Below are positions 29,370-38,495 of a stretch of 64,000 bases of DNA, in pieces. Made by a program: the position numbers and the translations under genes. The stretch spans positions 32,001 to 96,000 of the forward strand of contig CAVRCF010000003.1 in assembly GCA_963719505.1 (NCBI GenBank), given 5' to 3'. Under the pieces are notes generated by a model. The model was not told where the DNA came from and did not search any database. It worked only from the letters and a program-made list of their open reading frames with translations. Within the stretch, counting starts at the first letter, position 1. Each line of letters starts with the position of its first letter. The DNA comes from Halobacteriovoraceae bacterium. Lineage in GTDB: Bacteria > Bdellovibrionota > Bacteriovoracia > Bacteriovoracales > Bacteriovoracaceae.

Positions 29370-30488
29370 GTGAGCAATAAAAGTTACTTTTCTGTGAGTT
29401 ATGATCTTATTCAAAAGGGTAAGAAGCTTCCCTATGATCTGTACGTCAACTCATCATCAGTTGAGGACAAGCAAAAATTTGTTAGAATTTTTCCCTCGGG
29501 AGATACCCTCGATCTTAGCGACCTCGAAAGATTTAAGAAAAAATATTTTCAGCTTTATCTCGACGAAGATCATAGAGAGATCTACATGAGAAGTCTTGTG
29601 GATTCAGAGGATAGAGATGACCTCCAGACGACAAACTTTATTAAAGATTCTGCTGTTCAATATCTTCATAAAATCTTCGACTCAGGAAAAGAATTTAATA
29701 CTGAACTTCTCTCAGAAACAATAGGTGAGTGCCGAGGTGCCGTTGAGTCCATGGTAGATGTTTTTGATAAACATAATATTAGTTCTATTACTAATCTTAT
29801 TGGAAATTTAAGCAGCCACGACTTCTACACCTTCGATCACTCAATAAATGTATCCATGTATTGTATATCAATCCTTAGGGCCTTAAAACCAAATGCCACA
29901 AGAGATGAGCTAATCCATGTGGGTCTTGGTGGCCTTTTACACGATTTAGGGAAAATAAAAATCCCCACTCAAATTCTGAATGCCCCTGGAGGGTTAAGTG
30001 ATGCTGAATACGGCGAAATAAAAAAGCACCCAAAACTTGGAATAGACCTTTTGACTTCAGGAGAAGTTGATGTCGCTGATGATCTTGATCTAAATATTAT
30101 TGGCAGAGTTGTGCACGAACACCACGAAAACTGGAATGGTAAAGGTTATCCTTCAGGGTTGATGGAAAACGATATTCACGTCTATGCTAGAATTTGTACT
30201 ATTGCTGATTTCTTTGATGCTCTCACGACAAAAAGGTCTTACAATGAGGTGATGAGTGTATCTAAGGCCATCGATGTTATGTCCAAGTTTAGCGGTGTAA
30301 AGTTAGACCCTAAACTTTTCAAAGCATTTACAGGCCATGTTGATCATCAAAAGTTAAAGAATAAGACACCTTTAAAGTTAGCTGATAGTTTTGACCCAAC
30401 GATTCCCTATGAGAAGATTCCGTTAGAAGAAGTAAAAGAAATCTTTGATGAGGAAAACTTTGGAAAAATTAGAGTAGCAAAAAATTAA
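29370..30488 (+). CDS. HD-GYP domain phosphodiesterase
   Basis: HSINVS, LLHDLGK, HHENWNGKGYP, ADFFDALTTKRSY. Confidence 0.92.
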   Translation: MSNKSYFSVSYDLIQKGKKLPYDLYVNSSSVEDKQKFVRIFPSGDTLDLSDLERFKKKYFQLYLDEDHREIYMRSLVDSEDRDDLQTTNFIKDSAVQYLHKIFDSGKEFNTELLSETIGECRGAVESMVDVFDKHNISSITNLIGNLSSHDFYTFDHSINVSMYCISILRALKPNATRDELIHVGLGGLLHDLGKIKIPTQILNAPGGLSDAEYGEIKKHPKLGIDLLTSGEVDVADDLDLNIIGRVVHEHHENWNGKGYPSGLMENDIHVYARICTIADFFDALTTKRSYNEVMSVSKAIDVMSKFSGVKLDPKLFKAFTGHVDHQKLKNKTPLKLADSFDPTIPYEKIPLEEVKEIFDEENFGKIRVAKN

Positions 30489-30501
30489 AAAAAGAGAATG
30501 A

Positions 30502-31725
30502 ATGAAAATAGACTTTAGTGAATTTGAAAAAGCGCAAGAAAAACTAAGCAAAATACTCCCTCCAACTCCATTGATAAAGAATGATTGGTTGTCTGCAAAG
30601 TACGGAGCAAATGTTTTCTTAAAGCTAGAAAACATGCAGCCAGTGGGCTCCTTTAAGTTGAGAGGGGCCACCAATAAAATGGCCAACTTTACGGATGAAC
30701 AAAAAGCAAAAGGTGTTGTTGCCGTTAGTGCAGGAAATCATGCCCAAGGGGTAGCGTGGGCAGCGAAACGTTTAGGAATAAAAGCCACCATTATTATGCC
30801 GGTGCCTTCGCCTCTAGTAAAAATCTCAAATACAGAGAACCTTGGAGCTGAGGTTATTCTTCAAGGCGAAAATGTTGATGAAAGCTTTGAGTTTTGTAAA
30901 AAATATTTAGAAACAAATGATAAAATATTCGTCCACCCTTTCCACGATGCAGAAGTCATTGCAGGACAAGGCTCAATTGCTTTTGAGCTCGTTAAACAAC
31001 TCGATAAGATTGATTTTATCTTTGGCAGTATTGGCGGTGGCGGCCTTATGTCTGGAATTGGAATGGCGCTGAAACAGCTTATGCCTGATTGCAAACTCAT
31101 TGGAGCACAAGCTGCCGGAGCAAATAGTATGGTGCAGTCCTTACAAAAAGGAGAACTTGTCTCCACTGACACGGTTGCCACTTTTGCTGATGGAATTAAA
31201 GTTAAGAATCCTGTTCCAGAAATGTATGAGCTCTTAGATAGTATTATTGATGAAGCGGTAGATATTCCTGATGATTTAACAGCGGCTGCAGTTTTACGTT
31301 TAATGGAACAAGCTGGAATAATAGCAGAAGGAGCAGGGGCGATTAACCTTGCAGCTTTTCACGAGTTATATGAATCTAACCCTCGTCGCTTTAAAGGTAA
31401 GAATGTTGTTCTTATTATTTGTGGTGGGAATATTGATATTAACGTGATCGATAGAATTATTGACAGAGGCTTGGTTGAGACTAAAAGAAGAATGAATATT
31501 TCGATCCTTTTAAATGACAAACCAGGAGCCCTTCAAAACCTCACTGAAGTTATTAGTAAGACGGGCGCCAATATTTTAGAGATTCAACACGAAAGAACAT
31601 CGCCTGATATTGAGCTTCAGCAGTCAGTGGTGAGAGTTACCTTGGAGACTAAGGGATCACTTCACTCTAAAGAGATTTTAGATACAGTTGGTAGAGGGTT
31701 TAATATTTTTACTCAAGGTAAATAA
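30502..31725 (+). CDS. ilvA: Threonine ammonia-lyase with ACT domain
   Basis: SFKLRGA PLP lysine, SAGNHAQG, GGGGL, DKPGAL. Confidence 0.92.
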   Translation: MKIDFSEFEKAQEKLSKILPPTPLIKNDWLSAKYGANVFLKLENMQPVGSFKLRGATNKMANFTDEQKAKGVVAVSAGNHAQGVAWAAKRLGIKATIIMPVPSPLVKISNTENLGAEVILQGENVDESFEFCKKYLETNDKIFVHPFHDAEVIAGQGSIAFELVKQLDKIDFIFGSIGGGGLMSGIGMALKQLMPDCKLIGAQAAGANSMVQSLQKGELVSTDTVATFADGIKVKNPVPEMYELLDSIIDEAVDIPDDLTAAAVLRLMEQAGIIAEGAGAINLAAFHELYESNPRRFKGKNVVLIICGGNIDINVIDRIIDRGLVETKRRMNISILLNDKPGALQNLTEVISKTGANILEIQHERTSPDIELQQSVVRVTLETKGSLHSKEILDTVGRGFNIFTQGK

Positions 31726-32501
31726 TGGCAAAAAAAGAGACAATCTTTTCAAAAGTACCACAAGTTAATCATAAAGAACCTGCTCATGAGATTGATTCAA
31801 ATGAATTTCAAAAGCTAATTGAAAGTAGAAGAAGCGTTCGAGTCTACACGGATGAACCGATCCCAGAAGAGATCATATCAAAATGCATCGACGCAGCTTT
31901 GCTTGCACCGAACTCTTCAAATCTTCAACCTTGGGAATTTTATAGAGTAAAAACTCCAGAGACCAAAAGGCTTGTGGCAAAGTACTGCCTCAATCAACCG
32001 GCTGCAAAAACGGCGAGTGAACTTATTATTTGTGTTGCAAGACGTGATACATGGAGAAAGCATGCTAAGCAGATGGTAGAGTTTTTTCAAAATCAAGAAG
32101 GGGAGACACCAGAGTCCGTTTTGTCTTACTATTCAAACTTAGTATACCTTGCCAATACAGTAGGTCCTTTTGGGATCGTAGGTTGCTTTAAAAAACTTCT
32201 TATTGGAGTAAAGAGACTGTCGGGCATAAGTCCTGGTGGAAATAGCTCTATCGCTGATATGAGGGTTTGGGCCCATAAGTCTACAGCTCTTGCTTGTGAG
32301 AACATGATGCTGGCCTTTAGGGCCTATGGATATGACTCATGTCCTATGGAAGGATTTGATGAGAAAAAAGTAAAGAAGCTTCTCAAACTACCTAGAGGAG
32401 CAGAACCTACCATGATTATTTCCGCGGGTAAGCGTGCGGAAAATGGTGTTTATGCTCCAAGAATACGATTTCCTAAAGAGCAGTTTTATTTTGAGATCTA
32501 A
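31725..32501 (+). CDS. Nitroreductase family protein
   Basis: RRSVR, APNSSNLQPWEF, SCPMEGFD. Confidence 0.92.
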   Translation: MAKKETIFSKVPQVNHKEPAHEIDSNEFQKLIESRRSVRVYTDEPIPEEIISKCIDAALLAPNSSNLQPWEFYRVKTPETKRLVAKYCLNQPAAKTASELIICVARRDTWRKHAKQMVEFFQNQEGETPESVLSYYSNLVYLANTVGPFGIVGCFKKLLIGVKRLSGISPGGNSSIADMRVWAHKSTALACENMMLAFRAYGYDSCPMEGFDEKKVKKLLKLPRGAEPTMIISAGKRAENGVYAPRIRFPKEQFYFEI

Positions 32502-32589
32502 AGTCCCTCAAGTGTCCAAGTTCTAGGCACCTAAGAGTAATACTTTCAATACATGCCTTATTGAAAACTCTTATTGATATAATGGACAG

Positions 32590-33285
32590 ATGAAAAAATA
32601 TTCTGCCATTATTGTCTTTATTCTCTCTATCTCCACTGCTTTCGCAGATGTTGATCTCGCTATCGAAAGAACACATTCCATGAACTCTGAGTTTAACTTG
32701 CTCACCCAAGGAAGTATCTCTATCAAAGAACTTTCCCTTGATATCCAAAACTTAGACTGGGAGAAAAAGTCAAACCCCGAGCAAAAAGGCAGTCTACGGG
32801 AAGTAAGCTACAACTTTGGCCTTGATGAAAATGGTGATTTCATCGTTGAAAATATATATGTCGGCTCAAGTAACTCAGCTCAAATTACTATGGCCCATCA
32901 CAAAATTAAAAAGTGGCTTGGACAATTTCATTCCCATCCCTATAAGTATGAATCCGTGAGAAATAACCCCTTCAGTACTCAAGATATTTTTATGGCTTTT
33001 GAAAAAGTTCGACATACGGATAAGGGATTTATTTGGCTATTGGGAGCAGGAGATTATTACTTTGCTCTTGAAGTTTTAGATCCTCAAAAGATGACAGATT
33101 TCTATAAGGAACAAACAATTATAGCGAAATCAAAAGGCTACCAATTTGTGCGAGACTATTTACAGAAAAAGTATTATGGAGCCAGAGGTGGTAGTTCGGT
33201 TTTAGAAACAATGTCCAATTCGGTTATGGCCATTGTTCAAGATGAGAAAGTATCGGGATTGAGATTTCTCACAATCCCCAGATAA
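32590..33285 (+). CDS. Secreted protein with JAB/MPN+ (DUF4329-like) metalloenzyme motif
   Basis: Signal peptide ending AFA; RE...FHSHP...FSTQD. Confidence 0.6.
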   Translation: MKKYSAIIVFILSISTAFADVDLAIERTHSMNSEFNLLTQGSISIKELSLDIQNLDWEKKSNPEQKGSLREVSYNFGLDENGDFIVENIYVGSSNSAQITMAHHKIKKWLGQFHSHPYKYESVRNNPFSTQDIFMAFEKVRHTDKGFIWLLGAGDYYFALEVLDPQKMTDFYKEQTIIAKSKGYQFVRDYLQKKYYGARGGSSVLETMSNSVMAIVQDEKVSGLRFLTIPR

Positions 33286-33293
33286 TTCAAAGA

Positions 33294-33665
33294 TTATTTT
33301 TTGTCTTCAGTTGCTTCTGATTCAGGAGCAGCCGTTGGAGCTGTATCAGTTGGAATCGCTGATCCAGCGTTTGCAGCATCATTATTAAGAGGAGCAGCTA
33401 CAGGAGTTTCATCATCAAAGATAGATTCTTTCGATGTTTTAGATGTCAGTGATGTTAAAATTACTGAATTAACCATGAATGCAATGGCCAAAAATGTCGT
33501 CATCTTTGTAAAGAAGTTTCCTTTTGAGCTTGATGTAAACACAGCTTGAGAAGAACCCCCGCCCATCATTGCACCTGCTTCAGCACCTTTTCCAAATTGA
33601 ACAAGAACTGTAACAGTTAAAAGTATACATATAACAACGTGTAAAATAATTAATCCAGATAACAT
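33294..33665 (-). CDS. secG: Preprotein translocase subunit SecG
   Basis: Two TMs flanking QFGKGAEAGAMMGGGSS; follows tpiA. Confidence 0.92.
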   Translation of the reverse strand: MLSGLIILHVVICILLTVTVLVQFGKGAEAGAMMGGGSSQAVFTSSSKGNFFTKMTTFLAIAFMVNSVILTSLTSKTSKESIFDDETPVAAPLNNDAANAGSAIPTDTAPTAAPESEATEDKK

Positions 33666-33760
33666 GTTTGATTTCCTTAATTTAATCTATCTCTAATAAT
33701 CAAATGATTATAAACATTTCCAAGCTATTCTTCTAGCAAATAAAGTTTCTCTTTGCAAGA

Positions 33761-34495
33761 TTATGCGTTGCAAAGATCTATAAAGCTTTCTGCATCAAGG
33801 CTAGCACCACCAACGAGGCCACCATTTATATTCGGCTGAGCGAGAAGCTCTGCAACATTTGATGGCTTAACCGATCCACCATATAAAATGCTGATATTGG
33901 CACCGTGAGCATGGTAAAGCTGTCCAATTTTTTCTCGAATAGCCCCGTGAACTTCTTCTGCTTGTTCCGGACTTGCCGTTTTTCCCGTACCAATTGCCCA
34001 AACTGGCTCGTAGGCTATAATAATATCGTCAGGGCTCTTAAGACTTATATTTTTTAACGCGGCACTTAGCTGTCCTAAAACAACATCTAAAGTTTCACCA
34101 TTCTCGCGTTGCTCTAAGCTCTCTCCAATGCAAATGACTGGAACGAGTCCAATCTCTAAAAGCTTTTGGGTCTTCTCATTAATGAGCTGATCAGTTTCAC
34201 TAAAAAGAGATCTTCTCTCTGAGTGTCCAACCAAACAAAAATGAGCTCCAATTTCTTTTAAATTTACAGGGGAAGTCTCGCCTGTGAATGCACCGGAGTC
34301 ATAATTGGAGCAATTTTGCGCTCCAATTTTAATTTTCCCGCTGTGCTTGAGGCATGTACTTATGTGGAGAGTCTGAGGAGCAACCCAGTAATTTCCTTTT
34401 TTAAGATTAGCTTCTTCAATTGTGTAGAAGAAATCATTGATCTCTTCTAAACTTTGATTCATCTTCCAGTTTCCAATCATATAAACTTTTGCCAT
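33761..34495 (-). CDS. tpiA: Triosephosphate isomerase
   Basis: GNWKMN, GHSERR, AYEPVWAIGTG, LVGGASL. Confidence 0.97.
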   Translation of the reverse strand: MAKVYMIGNWKMNQSLEEINDFFYTIEEANLKKGNYWVAPQTLHISTCLKHSGKIKIGAQNCSNYDSGAFTGETSPVNLKEIGAHFCLVGHSERRSLFSETDQLINEKTQKLLEIGLVPVICIGESLEQRENGETLDVVLGQLSAALKNISLKSPDDIIIAYEPVWAIGTGKTASPEQAEEVHGAIREKIGQLYHAHGANISILYGGSVKPSNVAELLAQPNINGGLVGGASLDAESFIDLCNA

Positions 34496-34496
34496 C

Positions 34497-35684
34497 TTAT
34501 ACTCCAAACCTTAAAGCTTTCACTCCAGGGAGCTCGCCTCTTTCGATGTATTCTAAACTAGCACCACCACCAGTTGAGATATGTGAAAATTTGTCTGCAA
34601 ATCCTGATTTATTAACGGCACTAACTGAATCTCCACCACCGACAAGTGAAAAAGAGTCTGAGTTTGCCACTGCTTCAGCTATGGCCATCGTCCCTTTAGC
34701 AAAGTCAGCATTTTCAAAAAGCCCCATCGGACCATTCCAAAGAACAGTTTTCGCTTCATTGATAATTGCTTGATACTGGCTGATTGTACTTGGGCCAATA
34801 TCAAGTCCCATACAGTCTTTAGGAATATCTTTAGTTTCGCAAAGCTGTGGTTTTCCACCAAACTCTTTGGAGATAATATGATCAGTAGGAAGTTTTACCT
34901 TAAAAGCCTTGTCGGCTTTTAAAATTTTGGTGGCAAGGGCCACATCTTCATCACTACAAAGAGAAGTACCAACCTCAGCACCCTTTGACTTAAGAAATGG
35001 ATAAGCCATAGCTCCACCAATGATGAGACTATCTACATTGACAATGAGCTTCTCTATCGTTTTGATTTTATCACTAACTTTTGCACCACCAACGATGGCA
35101 ACAAATGGCTTGTCTGGTTTACCCAAAATTTTATCTAAGGCTTGAATTTCTTTTTTCATAAGAAATCCACCGTAGTTTCTCGCCTGGAAAAATTTATTGA
35201 TAATATGAGTTGATGCATGCTCTCTATGAGCTGCACCAAAGGCATCATTGAGGTAAACCTCACCGTACTGGGCTAGCTTTGCAGCAAAGTCCTCATCATT
35301 CTCTTCTTCTTCTGGATGAAAACGCAAGTTCTGTAAAAGGACAATTTTGGTCTGCCCAAGAGTAAGAAGCTCCTTGACCCCTGCATCTACAGCTGATTCC
35401 GCCATAATGACATCGACATCTAGCTTGCTTGCAAGATAAGTGGCAACTGGCTCTAAGCTATAATCCATATTCACTTTACCGTCAGGTCTCCCAAGGTGGC
35501 TCATAAGAGTAATCTTAGAAGCCCCGTTGTCGAGAAGGTACTGGATCGTTGGAAGAGCTAAATCAATACGACTTGTATCTGTGATTTTAGTTCTATCTTT
35601 TTTATCCAAAGGCACGTTGAAATCAAACCTCGCAAGTACTCTTTTTCCCTGTAGGTCAGCTTCGTCTATGAACTTTAAAGCCAT
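34497..35684 (-). CDS. pgk: Phosphoglycerate kinase
   Basis: RFDFNVP, SHLGRP, DAFGAAHR, ISTGGGASLE. Confidence 0.97.
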   Translation of the reverse strand: MALKFIDEADLQGKRVLARFDFNVPLDKKDRTKITDTSRIDLALPTIQYLLDNGASKITLMSHLGRPDGKVNMDYSLEPVATYLASKLDVDVIMAESAVDAGVKELLTLGQTKIVLLQNLRFHPEEEENDEDFAAKLAQYGEVYLNDAFGAAHREHASTHIINKFFQARNYGGFLMKKEIQALDKILGKPDKPFVAIVGGAKVSDKIKTIEKLIVNVDSLIIGGAMAYPFLKSKGAEVGTSLCSDEDVALATKILKADKAFKVKLPTDHIISKEFGGKPQLCETKDIPKDCMGLDIGPSTISQYQAIINEAKTVLWNGPMGLFENADFAKGTMAIAEAVANSDSFSLVGGGDSVSAVNKSGFADKFSHISTGGGASLEYIERGELPGVKALRFGV

Positions 35685-35714
35685 TGTTTATTCCTTATTT
35701 ATTATCGGTTACAA

Positions 35715-36737
35715 TTACATTTTACTTGCAACATAAGATGCAAGATCAACAACTCTATTTGAGAATCCAACTTCATTGTCATACCAAGTAACGATCTTTG
35801 CAGAGTTACCGATAACATTAGTTAGGCCTGGATCAAAAATAGATGAATGAGGGTTACCGAGGAAGTCAACAGAGACAAGAGGCTCTTCTTCATAACCTAA
35901 AATATTTTTCATTGATCCCATGCTAGCTTCTTTCATAGCATTATTAATTTCTTCTTTTGTTGCAGCTTTTTTCAGATTAACAGTTAAATCTACCATTGAT
36001 ACGTCAGGAGTTGGGACTCTTACTGCATAACCATCAAGCTTCCCTGCAAGTTCTGGAAGAACAAGTCCAACTGCTTTTGCTGCACCTGTTGTTGTTGGAA
36101 TCATGCTCATCGCTGCTGCGCGAGCACGTCTTGGGTCAGAGTGCGTTTTATCTAAAAGGTTTTGATCACCAGTGTATGCATGGATAGTTGTCATAAGACC
36201 GTTTTCAATTCCAAAAGTATCGTTTAGAACTTTTGCAACTGGCGCAAGACAGTTTGTTGTGCAACTTGCGTTTGAAATAATATGGTGGTTAGCTGGGTCA
36301 TAACTTGTGTGGTTAATACCAAAGACAAAAGTTCCATCGAGATCATTTCCTGGAGCACACATAATAACTTTTTTAACTGTTCCACCGATATGTTTTCCAA
36401 GTCCTGCTTTATCTTTAAAGATTCCAGTTCCATCGATAACGATATCAACTTTTTCCTCAGACCAAGGAATCGCACTTGGATCTTTGTCACCAAAGATAGT
36501 CATTTTCATATCACCTGCGTGAAGAACATTACCCTCAAGATTTACTTCAGCTGGAAATTTTCCATGAAGTGAATCGTATTTGAAAAGTCTCGCCAACTGA
36601 TCAAGCTTACCTGGATTATTGATGGCAACGATCTCAATATTGGAATAAAGGCCTTCTTGTTTTCTTTTATAAAACTCTCTAACAACTGTTCTACCAATTC
36701 TTCCGAATCCATTTATTCCTAGTCTGATTGTACTCAT
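35715..36737 (-). CDS. gap: Glyceraldehyde-3-phosphate dehydrogenase, type I
   Basis: GINGFGRIGR, ASCTTNCL, WYDNE; start ATG 36737. Confidence 0.97.
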   Translation of the reverse strand: MSTIRLGINGFGRIGRTVVREFYKRKQEGLYSNIEIVAINNPGKLDQLARLFKYDSLHGKFPAEVNLEGNVLHAGDMKMTIFGDKDPSAIPWSEEKVDIVIDGTGIFKDKAGLGKHIGGTVKKVIMCAPGNDLDGTFVFGINHTSYDPANHHIISNASCTTNCLAPVAKVLNDTFGIENGLMTTIHAYTGDQNLLDKTHSDPRRARAAAMSMIPTTTGAAKAVGLVLPELAGKLDGYAVRVPTPDVSMVDLTVNLKKAATKEEINNAMKEASMGSMKNILGYEEEPLVSVDFLGNPHSSIFDPGLTNVIGNSAKIVTWYDNEVGFSNRVVDLASYVASKM

Positions 36738-36868
36738 CTTTACCACCTTGTGCTTTGCAAAAATAATGTTTAAAAATTTCAAGTGAGTTTATCCCATTTA
36801 ACGCTATCTTGCTAGATTTCTAATGAATTTTCTGCCACACTTTGGGCTTAATTTAATGAGGAGAATAA

Positions 36869-37960
36869 ATGTCGCTGCCGCGAGTAAAAATTGCTGATCT
36901 AAAGCCAAAAGAAAATATAAAATCTGTCTTTCTCATTAAATACATCGCTGTAATGGAAGCTAAAGATGGGAAAAAGTATCTGAATATCATCTTAACTGAT
37001 GGAAAAGGGGACTTGGAAGGTAGATCCTGGTCTCAAGCCGAAGAAATTGAAGAAAAATTCAAAAAGGGTGACTTCATCCTTGTCGAAGGAAAGATCAATC
37101 TCTTTCAAGGCCGAAAACAGTTTATCATGCAAAGATATGACTCAGTGGACTCAAGTTTGCTCAACTTAGATGACTTTATTTTAAAATCAGATAAAGACCC
37201 TGAAAGAATGTATGAAGAGCTTTTAGCTATCGTTAAGAATCTCGATGACTACTATATAAGAGAGCTTATTCTAAGCATCATCACGGACGATGAGATTTCA
37301 AGGCGATTGAAAACCTGGCAAGCGGGCAAGACAATTCATCATGCCTATAGGTCAGGTCTCCTTGAACATATCCTTTCTTGTACCAATTTAGCTGTAACCC
37401 TTAGTCCCCATTACAATGTAAATGTAAATTATGTCGTAGCAGGAACTATTTTGCATGACCTTTGCAAGGTCTATGAACTTACCGACGGGGTCAATATTGA
37501 ATACACCGAAGAAGGTAAACTGGTTGGACACTTGGTGAAGATACTGGAAGTCATGGATCGATTTAGTTACAAGATAAAGGATTTTCCTTACCAGTTAAAG
37601 CTCCACTTAAAGCATATTATGCTCTCTCATCACGGCCACTATGAGTATGGATCTCCAAAGATTCCTCAAACCTCTGAAGCAATGCTTGTGCATCTTATCG
37701 ATATGATGGATTCCAAAATGCACTCATTTGAAACGGTGAAGAGAAACGATAGCAATACTGGTCACTGGACAGGTTTTGTAAAACATCTCGATAGAATTAT
37801 CTATAAGGATGAACTTCCTTTTTTCCCAGAACCCATCTCGGACAGTAATAGTAGAAGCCCTGCTAAGACTCCGACAAAAAATAATTCAAAACCCATTAAT
37901 AAAGAAATTAAAAATAACTTAGGAAGTCTGCTCAAAGACTTTAAGGTAGGTGAAGAGTGA
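36869..37960 (+). CDS. yhaM: YhaM-family OB-fold/HD 3'-5' exoribonuclease
   Basis: N-terminal OB fold, HHAYRSGLLEH, LHDLCK, SHHG. Confidence 0.85.
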   Translation: MSLPRVKIADLKPKENIKSVFLIKYIAVMEAKDGKKYLNIILTDGKGDLEGRSWSQAEEIEEKFKKGDFILVEGKINLFQGRKQFIMQRYDSVDSSLLNLDDFILKSDKDPERMYEELLAIVKNLDDYYIRELILSIITDDEISRRLKTWQAGKTIHHAYRSGLLEHILSCTNLAVTLSPHYNVNVNYVVAGTILHDLCKVYELTDGVNIEYTEEGKLVGHLVKILEVMDRFSYKIKDFPYQLKLHLKHIMLSHHGHYEYGSPKIPQTSEAMLVHLIDMMDSKMHSFETVKRNDSNTGHWTGFVKHLDRIIYKDELPFFPEPISDSNSRSPAKTPTKNNSKPINKEIKNNLGSLLKDFKVGEE

Positions 37961-38481
37961 CTGTATTATTAAAACAAATCTTTGGATTTTTAAAACTTCT
38001 CAATTCAGACAAAGGTGAAAACCAAATAGCCGTGGGCATAGCCTGTGGCTTAATTTTAGGTTTTGCTCCAAGCTTCTCCTTACAAACACTTATTGTTATT
38101 GTGATTCTTTTTTTCTTTCGCATTCAAATCGGTGCCGCAATGATAGGTATGTTCTTTTTTGCCATCATTGCTTGGATTTTTGATCCTGTGTTTGATTCGA
38201 TTGGAAGAGCAACGCTTGAATTGTCCAGTATGAAAGGTCTCTTTACAGCAATGTACAACATGCCAATCGTTCCTTTTACGAAATTTAACAACTCTGTTGT
38301 CATGGGGTCTTTGGTCTTGTCCTTTATTTTAGCACCACTAGTTTTTATCATTTCAAAGGTTCTCATTATTAAATACAGAATAGCTGTCTTTGAGAGGTTT
38401 AAAGATTCAAAATTCTTTAAAGCCGTTAAAGCGACGGGATTCTATAAATGGTATGCAAAATACGATTCACTTTATAATTAA
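37957..38481 (+). CDS. TIGR03546-family membrane protein
   Basis: QIAVGIACG, PFTKFNNSVVMGS; paired with the next gene. Confidence 0.8.
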   Translation: MTVLLKQIFGFLKLLNSDKGENQIAVGIACGLILGFAPSFSLQTLIVIVILFFFRIQIGAAMIGMFFFAIIAWIFDPVFDSIGRATLELSSMKGLFTAMYNMPIVPFTKFNNSVVMGSLVLSFILAPLVFIISKVLIIKYRIAVFERFKDSKFFKAVKATGFYKWYAKYDSLYN

Positions 38482-38495
38482 TTTTAGGAAACAAT

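Noticed and set aside
3011-33285. ThiF/E1 plus JAB as a bacterial ubiquitin-like or CBASS-type system
   Set aside because: They are about 29 kb apart, there is no E2, Ubl or cyclase, and the JAB-like protein has a signal peptide
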